Shown in pieces: positions 27,659 to 36,337 of a DNA stretch of 64,000 bases; within the stretch, counting starts at the first letter, position 1, and each line of letters begins with the position of its first letter. The DNA lies in contig MFRW01000005.1 in NCBI GenBank assembly GCA_001786575.1, positions 23,581 through 87,580 on the forward strand, in the 5' to 3' direction. A model generated the notes under the pieces. The model was not told the DNA's origin. It saw only the letters and a list, made by a program, of their open reading frames with translations, and ran no database searches. Position numbers and translations under genes: made by a program. The DNA is from Candidatus Moranbacteria bacterium RIFCSPHIGHO2_01_FULL_55_24 (GTDB taxonomy: Bacteria; Patescibacteriota; Minisyncoccia; Moranbacterales; UBA1568).

Positions 27659-28027
27659 ATGACACAAATCAAAAAAGCTTTGTACGGCGCATACGCTACC
27701 GCGTTGGCTTTGTCTCCTTTGGCGGCATCCGCACAATGGGGCCAGGGCATCAGTAATGCTGGCGAAGCAGATCTCCCGAGCGGAAGCATCATCGGTATCA
27801 TCGAACAGACCATGTACTGGCTTCTGGCCATCTTGGGTTTCATCGGTATTATCGGTTTCGTTATCGCTGGTATTCTCTATCTCACCGCAGCTGGCGATGA
27901 GAGCCAGATCGAGAAGGCCAAGAATGCTATGACGTATTCCATCATCGGCGTCATCGTCGCTCTGATCGGTTTCGTTATCATCCAGGCTGTCACGCAGTGG
28001 CTCGGTGGAGGAACCTCCAGTTTCTAA
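27659..28027 (+). CDS. VirB2/TrbC-like pilin-family small membrane protein
   Basis: Strong SD GGAGGTG 8 nt before the ATG at 27659. Signal peptide. ILYLTAAGDESQIEKAKNAMTYSIIGVIVALIGFVIIQAV. Confidence 0.6.
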   Translation: MTQIKKALYGAYATALALSPLAASAQWGQGISNAGEADLPSGSIIGIIEQTMYWLLAILGFIGIIGFVIAGILYLTAAGDESQIEKAKNAMTYSIIGVIVALIGFVIIQAVTQWLGGGTSSF

Positions 28028-28050
28028 GGACCACTTGTCCGGACCAAAGC

Positions 28051-28079
28051 AATCCGCCTGCAAGGCGGATTGTTTTTTT
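28051..28079 (+). terminator. rho-independent terminator
   Basis: Stem AATCCGCC/GGCGGATT with loop TGCAA, then GTTTTTTT. Confidence 0.55.
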
Positions 28080-28120
28080 ATGCGGAAAAGAGTAGTATGG
28101 AGGCAGTAATAAAAGGATTT

Positions 28121-28519
28121 ATGTCCAAAAAACAAATACAAAGAAGCCTTCTATCCGTATTCTCAATTCTCCTGTTCGCGGGCGCGGTGCCTGTCCTTCA
28201 GGCGGTGACCACTTGCCCCACAGGCTATAATTTAGTTTCCGGAGTCTGTATTCCGAGTAACACCGGATTGCCTGACACGCCCGTCATCGACATTATCGGC
28301 GAGTTCATGTTCTGGCTCCTTTCCATCTTCGGAATGCTGGCGGTCATCGCTTTCGTGATTTCCGGTATCCAGTACATCACTTCGGCCGGCGATGAGGGCC
28401 AGGCCGAGACAGCCAAGAACAACATGAAGTACGCTATCATCGGCGTCATCGTCGCATTGAGCGGACTCGTTATCATCCAGGCTGTAGAGGGGGTACTTAC
28501 TGCGACGCCTGGTTTCTAA
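28121..28519 (+). CDS. VirB2/TrbC-like pilin-family protein with Cys-containing N-terminal segment
   Basis: ATG at 28121 with signal peptide MSKKQIQRSLLSVFSILLFAGAVPVLQAV. TTCPTGYNLVSGVCIP. IQYITSAGDEGQAETAKNNMKYAIIGVIVALSGLVIIQAV. Confidence 0.6.
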   Translation: MSKKQIQRSLLSVFSILLFAGAVPVLQAVTTCPTGYNLVSGVCIPSNTGLPDTPVIDIIGEFMFWLLSIFGMLAVIAFVISGIQYITSAGDEGQAETAKNNMKYAIIGVIVALSGLVIIQAVEGVLTATPGF

Positions 28520-28528
28520 TACGGGACT

Positions 28529-29434
28529 ATGCAAAACACAAAAAAATTCTCACGGAACCTCCTAGCGGCAATATTGTTTTTCTTGGTGAGCGCAGGATTC
28601 GCCGGCATAGCGGAGGCCCAGCAGCCAGGCACAACAGCCACTTGTCGAGCAGTAAGCGGGACCTGTATTCCTGGTAGTCCCCATCCGCAATATTCTAGTT
28701 GCGGTCATGATTGGGGGCGGCTGGATTGTGCGGAGAGTTACAAGTGCTGCACGCTGAAAACCAGTACGACATCTGCCAACACTAACGCTAACGCCAATAC
28801 CACAGGAGGCACTACTTCTCCGACAGGTGGCGGAGGAGGCGCTCCCAAAGCAGGCAACGGCGGCGGAGCAACTGCACCGAATGCTCTCGGCGGCGGAAAT
28901 GCCACATCGACATCGATAAACATTACGAATCCCCTCAAGTTCGAAACAGTCGAGGAAGTGGTGACGAGCCTTCTGGGGACGCTCCAGGGCATCGTCGTGA
29001 TTCTCGCCTTGGTATTCATCGTCATCGGTGCGCTTCTCTATATCACTTCGGCTGGGGATGAGGGCCGGATAAAGACCGCCAAAGCGGCTATCACGGCGGC
29101 GCTTATCGGTCTGGCTATCGCGCTGGCCGCGCCATCGTTCTTGAAGGAAATAGGAGGAATCCTGGGCTGGGGCGCAGTCGATAGCAGCGCCGCGGCGGGA
29201 GCGCAGACGCTCTCGGAGATCGCGATGAATGTCTTGAATTTCCTCCTCTCGATTGTCGGCGTACTGGCGATCATCATGCTCATCGTAGGCGGCATCATGT
29301 ACCTCACCGCTGCCGGAGACGAGGACCGGGTCGATACCGGCAAGAACATCGTGAAGTATGCGATCATCGGTATTATCGTGGCTTTCGCCTCTCTCGTGAT
29401 TGTCAGCCAATTGGCAAAATTCTTCGCACCGTAA
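28529..29434 (+). CDS. secreted protein with Cys-rich N-domain, Gly/Thr/Asn-rich linker and two tandem VirB2/TrbC-like pilin domains
   Basis: Signal peptide. ATCRAVSGTCIPGSPHPQYSSCGHDWGRLDCAESYKCC. Two motif copies: LLYITSAGDEGRIKTAKAAITAALIGLAIALAA and IMYLTAAGDEDRVDTGKNIVKYAIIGIIVAFASLVIVSQLAKFF. Confidence 0.6.
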   Translation: MQNTKKFSRNLLAAILFFLVSAGFAGIAEAQQPGTTATCRAVSGTCIPGSPHPQYSSCGHDWGRLDCAESYKCCTLKTSTTSANTNANANTTGGTTSPTGGGGGAPKAGNGGGATAPNALGGGNATSTSINITNPLKFETVEEVVTSLLGTLQGIVVILALVFIVIGALLYITSAGDEGRIKTAKAAITAALIGLAIALAAPSFLKEIGGILGWGAVDSSAAAGAQTLSEIAMNVLNFLLSIVGVLAIIMLIVGGIMYLTAAGDEDRVDTGKNIVKYAIIGIIVAFASLVIVSQLAKFFAP

Positions 29435-29460
29435 AATTTGAGACGAGCGCAAAGAAAAAA

Positions 29461-29490
29461 GCGGTGAGTACAGATGTACTCGCCGCTTTT
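29461..29490 (+). terminator. rho-independent terminator at end of pilin array
   Basis: Stem GCGGTGAGTAC/GTACTCGCCGC (one mismatch), loop AGAT, then TTTT. Confidence 0.55.
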
Positions 29491-29509
29491 AGTTGGGTTG
29501 AAGCAGAAT

Positions 29510-30103
29510 CTAATCCGCTTTCTGTGTGATCCTCATCACGATTTCTCCCTGGTTGCCCTCGAAGGCTCCGGGACTCGGGACGACATTGATGCTTATCCCG
29601 ATGCGCGATGGTTCATCCAGCACGAAGCTTCTTTTTCTTGGATCGAAGGCTTCGCCATGGTCGATACGCGCTATAGGCGCTGCCACGAGACGCATCTTCC
29701 TCACCGGTGCCTGATCGAGGAATTGCTTCTCGTACGGCTGGCCAGACCAGCTCTCGAGACTCATCCCTTGAGGAGGGATGGGCTGGGAGCTGATGATCCG
29801 GGTATGGTTATCATCCCAGATTGCCAGCTGTATATTTGCGCTCTGGAGCTTGAGCTTATAGGTTCCGGGCTCCAATTCTTCGGACATGCACCACCCGGCG
29901 CTTTTCTTCCAGAGTGTTTCATTCGGACTGCACGTGATGGTAGCGACCGTTTGGTAGCTAGTATCACTTTCCGAAGAAATCTTGGAAGCGATGCTTTGTA
30001 TGAGCGCGATCGCGATTATGCCGATAATGAACCACTTCAGGACGCCAACTTCGTTGAATTTCCCAGTGACTAGGGTAGCCACGGATCCTTTCGGGTTAGA
30101 CAT
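29510..30103 (-). CDS. hypothetical membrane-anchored protein (downstream partner of the SPFH gene)
   Basis: TM anchor WFIIGIIAIALIQSIASKI. Its start overlaps the stop of the upstream SPFH gene (ATGA). The + strand ORF 29474-30073 is judged to be its antisense shadow. Confidence 0.45.
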   Translation of the reverse strand: MSNPKGSVATLVTGKFNEVGVLKWFIIGIIAIALIQSIASKISSESDTSYQTVATITCSPNETLWKKSAGWCMSEELEPGTYKLKLQSANIQLAIWDDNHTRIISSQPIPPQGMSLESWSGQPYEKQFLDQAPVRKMRLVAAPIARIDHGEAFDPRKRSFVLDEPSRIGISINVVPSPGAFEGNQGEIVMRITQKAD

Positions 30104-31173
30104 TATTTTTTCTCCTGTTTCTGTCGCCGACGCTGGCGCAGATTCTTCTGAAGTTGATCCTCATCAGTTTTCTGTTCCTGCGTCAGATTGTTCATGAGTC
30201 CTGCAGCAGCGCCTGCTTGAGCAAGCGGGCTGCCGCCTTCCAGTGTGACAACGGTTCTCTCGCCTCGAGATGCCTGGACAGCAGCCAAAGCTTCTTGAAC
30301 CGAAAGATTTCCGCCACCTGCTTCCATAAGGTGCTTGACCTGTCTTGCAAGGGTAGCAGTATCGGCCATATCTGAATCAGCCTCTGCCTTTTCCTCTGCG
30401 ATCTTGGTTTTTGCAGCTTCCAATTTTTCAGGCAAGCGGATGCCGGCAATCTGGATATCACAGATGAGGATACCTGTTCCGGTTTTTTCCATCTGCTTTT
30501 GTAATTTCTCTTGCAAGTTATTCGCGAAGTCCTGGCGCTTTTTGGCTAAGTCATCATACGGCATATCTGCCACGTCGTCTCGGATCTGATCTTCAGCCTC
30601 GAGTTGGAGCAGCTTGACCGGATCCTCCACATTGAGGAAAAGCGAAATACTCTCCACTTTGTAGGTCAGGCTGATATTGACGGTAATCGGCAGGCCTTCC
30701 TTATCGAGTACTTCTGAAGGGTTGATATCCAAGTTTCTCTTTTCGATAGAAACTTCGAGGACTTTTCCAAGCGGTTCCGGCCAATGCCAGCACCACCCTT
30801 CGCGGAAGATCTTCTTCTCTTCGCGGCGCCCGAGGAAAATCGGTATGCCGCGGTGCGCGATCTTTACTATCCGGAGTCCGCGCCGGAAAAAGTTTGAACC
30901 GATAAACAAACCGAAGAGAGCGACAAAAATATACTGGAGGCTCATGCCGAATAGCTTGAGATCGTGCAGTCCGCCGGTCAAGAGGGAAATGATTCCATTG
31001 ACGAGGAGGGCGACCGCAATCGCTACACCGAGCGACCACCAGAAACCGATAAGCAGATTGTCTTCTTCTGCAACTTGGATAACAATCGCTCGTTCCTCCC
31101 CGATATTCGAGGCTCTACGAATGAGAGCATCATCGGACAAAGGAGGGGTCACGGGATTTTCTGTAGGTGACAT
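30103..31173 (-). CDS. SPFH/band-7 (stomatin/prohibitin/HflK-like) domain membrane protein
   Basis: TM anchor (LLIGFWWSLGVAIAVALLVNGIISLL) followed by an SPFH core and a charged coiled-coil tail. ATG at 31173 preceded by AAGGAGA. Confidence 0.7.
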   Translation of the reverse strand: MSPTENPVTPPLSDDALIRRASNIGEERAIVIQVAEEDNLLIGFWWSLGVAIAVALLVNGIISLLTGGLHDLKLFGMSLQYIFVALFGLFIGSNFFRRGLRIVKIAHRGIPIFLGRREEKKIFREGWCWHWPEPLGKVLEVSIEKRNLDINPSEVLDKEGLPITVNISLTYKVESISLFLNVEDPVKLLQLEAEDQIRDDVADMPYDDLAKKRQDFANNLQEKLQKQMEKTGTGILICDIQIAGIRLPEKLEAAKTKIAEEKAEADSDMADTATLARQVKHLMEAGGGNLSVQEALAAVQASRGERTVVTLEGGSPLAQAGAAAGLMNNLTQEQKTDEDQLQKNLRQRRRQKQEKK

Positions 31174-31333
31174 TCGAATTCTCCTTGAAAAGTTGTTAAG
31201 GTGCCTATTTTGGACGGCTTTTGGCCGCGTCACAGATCTAGGCACCGCCTAAACTTGTAACGTGTCACTATAGCATAAAAACGAATAAAAGTCAATAATG
31301 GGCTTGTATAAGCTAAAAAGGCGGCAGAGCGGT

Positions 31334-31362
31334 TGACAAGAGCTCGTTTTCCGGCTAGAATG
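31334..31362 (+). promoter_or_regulatory. sigma70-like promoter TTGACA-17nt-TAGAAT upstream of nusA
   Basis: -35 TTGACA at 31334-31339 and -10 TAGAAT at 31357-31362. Confidence 0.45.
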
Positions 31363-31467
31363 GGCTTGTCCAGTCATGAGAGGTATGAAAGTTCGCGGAA
31401 GCGAGCTTTTCTTTTTTTCTCGGGGCACGGATATTTTTTATACGTAATCAAGCTAATCAAGAATCCT

Positions 31468-32805
31468 ATGCCACGCAAAAAAGTGCAGAAGGAAGAAAAG
31501 GAAGAAGATGTGCAGGAATCCGGGAGCCTCTCGGGACGCCTGGGCGAATTCGGCAGCGCAGTGATGCAGATCGCTGACGAGAAGAGTCTCTCCAAGGAGC
31601 GTGTCCTGGAAGTAGTGGAAGCCGCTCTCGCCGCTGCTTATAAGAAGGACTACGGCAAGAAGGGTCAGGTGATCCGCGCCCAGTTCGACGAAGTCTCCAA
31701 GAGCGCGTCGTTTTTCCTCGTGAAGGAAGTCGTTGATGAGACGACTCGCGAGTTCGTCGAAGAAGGTGTCGAAGAGGAGGAAGAAGCGGCTCCGGCCGAA
31801 GAAGCGGCTGACGAGGACCGCCTGCCTCGCTACAATCCGGAACGCGATATCACTCTGGAAGAGGCGAAGAAGATCCGCAAGGATGCCAAAGTCGGTGAAA
31901 CCATCGAGATCGCTCTCCCGAGCGAAGAGAATTTCGGCCGCGTCGCCGCGCAGACCGCCAAGCAGGTGATCATCCAGCGCATCCGCGAAGCCGAACGCGA
32001 GACGATGTTCGAAGAATACAAGGAGAAGGAAGGCCAGGTCGTGAACGGCATCGTCCAGCGCGTCGAGGGCCGGAACGTCTTTGTCGATCTCGGCAAATCC
32101 ATCGGCATCCTGTTCCCGTCGGAGCAGATCGAAGGCGAGCACTACCGCATCGGCCAGCACCTGAAGGTGTACCTGGTGCGCGTCGAGTCCGATACCAAGG
32201 GTCCCGGACTCCTCCTTTCCCGTACGCATCCGGAAATGGTGCGTCACCTGTTCACGCTCGAAGTGCCGGAAATCTTTGCCGGAACGGTAGAGATCAAGGC
32301 GATCGCCCGCGAAGCGGGTTCCCGTACCAAGATCGCTGTTTCCTCCACTGAAGAAGGCGTCGATCCGATCGGCTCCTGCGTGGGCCAGAAGGGGACGCGT
32401 GTCCAGGCCATCATCGATGAGCTCGGCGGCGAGAAGATCGATATCATCGAATGGAACGAAGACCCGATCAAGTTCATCAGCGCGGCTCTTTCCCCTGCGA
32501 AAGTCCTGGGCGCCGAACTGTTCGAGGAGGAGAAGCGGGCCGTGGTGACCGTTCCGAACGACCAGCTGTCGCTCGCGATCGGCAAGCGCGGCCAGAACGT
32601 GCGCTTGGCAGCCAAGCTTTCCGGCTGGAAGCTGGATGTGACCAGCAATGGCGAGCCGGAAGCGGCGAAGGAAGAAGGCGCTCCGGAAGAAAAGGAAGAA
32701 GAGAAGGAAGCGCCGAGCGAGGAAGCTCCTCTCGTCGAAGCGGAACCCGTAACGGAAGCGCCTCTCCCTGAAGCGGCTCCGGAAACGGAAGAGAAGGAAG
32801 CGTAA
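31468..32805 (+). CDS. nusA: transcription termination/antitermination factor NusA (with K/E-rich N- and C-terminal extensions)
   Basis: NusA N-terminal domain (ERVLEVVEAALAAAYKK), S1 domain (VVNGIVQRVEGRNVFVDLGKSIGILF), two KH domains (GSCVGQKGTRVQAIIDELGGEKIDII; IGKRGQNVRLAAKLSGWKLDV). ATG at 31468, with an alternative at 31564. Confidence 0.85.
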   Translation: MPRKKVQKEEKEEDVQESGSLSGRLGEFGSAVMQIADEKSLSKERVLEVVEAALAAAYKKDYGKKGQVIRAQFDEVSKSASFFLVKEVVDETTREFVEEGVEEEEEAAPAEEAADEDRLPRYNPERDITLEEAKKIRKDAKVGETIEIALPSEENFGRVAAQTAKQVIIQRIREAERETMFEEYKEKEGQVVNGIVQRVEGRNVFVDLGKSIGILFPSEQIEGEHYRIGQHLKVYLVRVESDTKGPGLLLSRTHPEMVRHLFTLEVPEIFAGTVEIKAIAREAGSRTKIAVSSTEEGVDPIGSCVGQKGTRVQAIIDELGGEKIDIIEWNEDPIKFISAALSPAKVLGAELFEEEKRAVVTVPNDQLSLAIGKRGQNVRLAAKLSGWKLDVTSNGEPEAAKEEGAPEEKEEEKEAPSEEAPLVEAEPVTEAPLPEAAPETEEKEA

Positions 32806-32831
32806 ATCAAAACTCTAACTGTTCCAAACAT

Positions 32832-33365
32832 ATGAATCTTTGGCACGAAATCTCTCCTGGCAAGAATGTCCCGAACGTGATCAATGTGATCATCGAATGT
32901 CCCAAGGGAACGAAGAACAAGTATGAGATCGACAAGGAAACCGGCCTCATCAAGCTGGATCGCGCGATGAAGACGAGCCAGGATTACCCGTTCGATTACG
33001 GTTTCGTTCCCCAGAGCCTCTGGGAGGATAACGACCCGCTCGACGTGGTGCTCCTCACCACCTATCCGCTCGCACCGGGCATCCTGGTGGAAGCCCGCCC
33101 GGTCGGCATCATGAACATGATCGACGGCGGCGAAGGCGATGACAAGATCATCGCTGTCCCGAAGGACGACCCGCGTTTCGACAACGTGAAGAACTTAAAC
33201 GATCTGAACCCGTACACGCTCAAGGAAATGCAGCATTTCTTCGAGACGTACAAGACGATCGACGGCAAGAAAGTCGTCGTGAAAGGATTCAAGAAGAAGG
33301 ACGAGGCGCTCAAAGCCGTGAAGCGCGGCCTCAAGATATATCAGGACAAGTACGGCAAGAAGTAA
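32832..33365 (+). CDS. ppa: inorganic pyrophosphatase (family I)
   Basis: ECPKGTKNKYEIDKETG, DYPFDYGFVPQSLWEDNDPLDVVLL, MIDGGEGDDKIIAV. Confidence 0.9.
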   Translation: MNLWHEISPGKNVPNVINVIIECPKGTKNKYEIDKETGLIKLDRAMKTSQDYPFDYGFVPQSLWEDNDPLDVVLLTTYPLAPGILVEARPVGIMNMIDGGEGDDKIIAVPKDDPRFDNVKNLNDLNPYTLKEMQHFFETYKTIDGKKVVVKGFKKKDEALKAVKRGLKIYQDKYGKK

Positions 33366-33427
33366 GCCTTTAAGTTGACGGTTCCGACCGGCGGGAAATT
33401 CCCGGCCGGAGCCCATTTGAAAATGCT

Positions 33428-34720
33428 ATGGAAGTCAAAGTGAAGAATCTGCCGGAATCTCGCGTCGAATTGGAAATCTCTCTCCCATGGGAAGAATGGA
33501 AGGGTGAGATGGACCATGCGGCAGAGAGTCTCGCAAAACAGGTGAAGATGGAAGGGTTCCGTCCGGGCAAGGCGCCGCGTGCCGTATTGGAGCAGCGCTT
33601 CGGACGCGGAGCTCTCCTCGCGGAAGCAGCCGAACACGCTGTGTCACATTCCTACCCGAAAGCCCTCGAAGAGAAAGCGCTGGATGCGATCGGCCGTCCG
33701 GAAGTGGAGCTCGGAACCGTCAAGGAAGAAGAGACACTCACGTACACCATCCGTACCGATGTCATGCCGGAAGCCAAGCTTAGCGACTGGAAAAGCGCGG
33801 TGAAGAAGATCAATAAGGAAGCCGGGAAGGAGCCGGTAGCCGTAAGCGACCAGGATGTCGCAGATGAGCTCGCGCGCATCGCCGAGATGCGAGCGCCGAT
33901 CATCACGGTTCCGAGAAAAGCGCTCGATGGCGATACGGTCCTCGTGGACTTCACCGTGCGCCAGGACGGCGTCGTGATCGAAGGCGGCAAGAGCGAGAAT
34001 CACCCGCTAGTTCTCGGGAGCAATGCCTTCATCCCCGGTTTCGAGGGCGAAGTAGCCGGCATGGAGGCGGGCGAAGAGAAAATCTTCACCCTCACCTTCC
34101 CGGCGGATTACCATGTGAAGCACCTGGCAGGCAAGCCGGCGGAGTTCACCGTGAAGGTACGTGCCGTCCAGGAGAAGCAGATCCCGGAGATCAACGATGA
34201 GTTCGCGAAGATGGTAGGAAACTTCGAAAGCCTCGCCAAGCTTGAGGAAAATATCCGTTCCGGCATGGCAGAAGAGCAGAAGACGAAGCGCAAGGAAGAG
34301 CAGCGCACCAAGATTCTGGATGTGCTCATCGACGGGGCGACGATCGAATTCCCGCGCTCGCTCATCGAGGAAGAGCTGGGCCGGATGCTCCGCGAATTCG
34401 AATCCCAGGTCCAGATGATGGGCATGGATTTCCAGGGGTATCTGAACCAGGTCGGAAAGAGCGAGGAAGATGTGAAGAAGGATTGGGAACCGCAGGCCAA
34501 GAAGCGCCTGGCGGCCCATCTGGTCCTGGATGCCGTGGCGAAGGAGTTGGAAATCTCCATAGAAAGCGATGAGATCGAGGCCGAGATGAACAAGACAATC
34601 CAGTACTACAAGAACGTGAAGGATATCGAGAAGAACATCGATCTTTCCCGGCTCTACACGGCTGTCCGCGGCCAGATCCAGAACGAACGGGCGATTGCCG
34701 AACTCGAAAAGATCAGCTAG
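33428..34720 (+). CDS. tig: trigger factor
   Basis: Ribosome-binding N-terminal domain (FRPGKAPR motif), FKBP-type PPIase domain (GDTVLVDFTVRQDGVVIEGG...LVLGSNAFIPGFE), C-terminal domain. Confidence 0.85.
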   Translation: MEVKVKNLPESRVELEISLPWEEWKGEMDHAAESLAKQVKMEGFRPGKAPRAVLEQRFGRGALLAEAAEHAVSHSYPKALEEKALDAIGRPEVELGTVKEEETLTYTIRTDVMPEAKLSDWKSAVKKINKEAGKEPVAVSDQDVADELARIAEMRAPIITVPRKALDGDTVLVDFTVRQDGVVIEGGKSENHPLVLGSNAFIPGFEGEVAGMEAGEEKIFTLTFPADYHVKHLAGKPAEFTVKVRAVQEKQIPEINDEFAKMVGNFESLAKLEENIRSGMAEEQKTKRKEEQRTKILDVLIDGATIEFPRSLIEEELGRMLREFESQVQMMGMDFQGYLNQVGKSEEDVKKDWEPQAKKRLAAHLVLDAVAKELEISIESDEIEAEMNKTIQYYKNVKDIEKNIDLSRLYTAVRGQIQNERAIAELEKIS

Positions 34721-34820
34721 CCGCCATTGACGTTTCGGAAATCCCAGAGTAAGATAAAGGACACTTCAGATAAGAGTGTCCTTTTCTTTTCAGTATAAAT
34801 CCGAATAACAATATCTCTCT

Positions 34821-35405
34821 ATGCAAAACAACTATCTCATCCCGATGGTGGTAGAGAAATCGCAGTACGGCGAACGTTCCTACGACATCTACTCCCGCCT
34901 CCTGAAGGACCGCATCATTTTCATCGGCTCTCCCATCGATGACGGCGTGGCCAACGCGGTGATCGCCCAGCTCCTCTTCTTGGAATCCCAGAATGCCAAG
35001 GAGGACATCAAGATGTACATCAATTCCCCGGGCGGACAGGTGACCTCCGCACTCGCGATCTACGACACCATGCAGTACGTGAAGCCGGAAGTCCAGACCA
35101 TCTGCATCGGCATGGCCGCTTCGGCTGCGTCCGTGCTCCTGGCTGCCGGCAAGAAGGGGAAGCGCATGGCGCTCCCGAACGCCGAGGTGATGATCCATCA
35201 AGTCTTGGGCGGCGTGCAGGGCCAGGCGACCGATATCGATATCCACGCCAAGCACATCTTGAAGACCCGCGACCGGCTCAACAAGATCCTGGTGAAGCAC
35301 ACCGGCCAGAAATTGGCGAAGATCGAGCTGGATACCGAACGCGATTACTTCATGGCGGCTGAAGAGGCCGTGAAGTACGGCATTGTCGACAAGGTGATCA
35401 GCTAA
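34821..35405 (+). CDS. clpP: ATP-dependent Clp protease proteolytic subunit
   Basis: [49 protein letters not shown], catalytic Ser/His/Asp context. No clpX follows. Confidence 0.9.
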   Translation: MQNNYLIPMVVEKSQYGERSYDIYSRLLKDRIIFIGSPIDDGVANAVIAQLLFLESQNAKEDIKMYINSPGGQVTSALAIYDTMQYVKPEVQTICIGMAASAASVLLAAGKKGKRMALPNAEVMIHQVLGGVQGQATDIDIHAKHILKTRDRLNKILVKHTGQKLAKIELDTERDYFMAAEEAVKYGIVDKVIS

Positions 35406-35414
35406 CCGTTAAGC

Positions 35415-35445
35415 AAAAACCGCCATTAAGGCGGTTTTTGCTTTG
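35415..35445 (+). terminator. hairpin terminator after clpP
   Basis: 10-bp stem AAAAACCGCC/GGCGGTTTTT with loop ATTAA. Confidence 0.5.
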
Positions 35446-35473
35446 TATAAAGCCAGAAACAGTCTTATAGTCT

Positions 35474-35501
35474 TGACAAAAGACTCTTTTAGGAGTATAA
35501 T
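35474..35501 (+). promoter_or_regulatory. near-consensus sigma70 promoter TTGACA-16nt-TATAAT with flanking inverted repeat (AGTCTT...AAGACT)
   Basis: -35 TTGACA at 35474-35479 and -10 TATAAT at 35496-35501. The inverted repeat overlaps the -35. Confidence 0.5.
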
Positions 35502-35633
35502 AATAAGTTATTTAAAAATAGGTATCTCGTGACCGGATGGAGCCGCTTGCAGGAAAGCTTTTTCTGTAAGCGTACTCCCTCTGGGAGCCAAGTTTTCTGC
35601 TCAATAGTGAGCTATAACTATGGGAGAAATAGT

Positions 35634-36275
35634 ATGACCCGCTTTCAGTCCGTTTCCGGTGTCGCCAAGATGCAGGATGTCGGGAATTACGAACGCGAAC
35701 GCAGCGCGGCTTATGAGCGCAGGGCGCAGTATCACCGCGAAGAATACCTTCGGGATGTCGATACTACCATAGATATGCTGAAGGAGCGCCGGAGCAATGG
35801 AGAGAACGTGTACGCGCACATCCAGGCTACGGTCGGCGTGGTCTTCAAGCGCTTCATCGACGAACTTGCAGGGTGTCAGAACTTCTACGGGATTCAGGAT
35901 ATTTCCTTCAAGCTCTGCAAATATGTCGGGCTTAACATGCGCGAGTTCGAGAAGATCCATGCAGCTATCCTGGCCGCCTGGAAACGTCTTGACCGGCCGC
36001 TGCCGCCGAAACTCCAGGAGCGCCTCGAGACGCTCGAAGATCGGCAGCGGCACTATCTTGCTAATCGTAACAGGCCTCGCGTAAGCAGCGCTCCCTTGAA
36101 TAAGGGTTCGCTCCAGCACGTCACACCGGTCACCGGCAAGACGGCTAAAGCTCGGGCCAACGGTGTGGCCAAGCGTGTGGCCGAGAATCGTGCAGCGCGC
36201 CTCGCAGCCCAGCCGCCGAAGGGGTCGAGCGGCAGTAGCGGCCGCCCTGGCGCCAAGGACCAGAAGAAGAAGTAG
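35634..36275 (+). CDS. hypothetical protein with basic C-terminal tail
   Basis: ATG at 35634 preceded by GGGAGA. Longest ORF starts at GTG 35529. About 130-nt leader from the consensus promoter. Confidence 0.4.
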   Translation: MTRFQSVSGVAKMQDVGNYERERSAAYERRAQYHREEYLRDVDTTIDMLKERRSNGENVYAHIQATVGVVFKRFIDELAGCQNFYGIQDISFKLCKYVGLNMREFEKIHAAILAAWKRLDRPLPPKLQERLETLEDRQRHYLANRNRPRVSSAPLNKGSLQHVTPVTGKTAKARANGVAKRVAENRAARLAAQPPKGSSGSSGRPGAKDQKKK

Positions 36276-36337
36276 GGATACGTTCCCAAAACCCGAATAC
36301 GGGCGTCGTAGGATAAAACCTGCGGCGCCCTTTTTCT

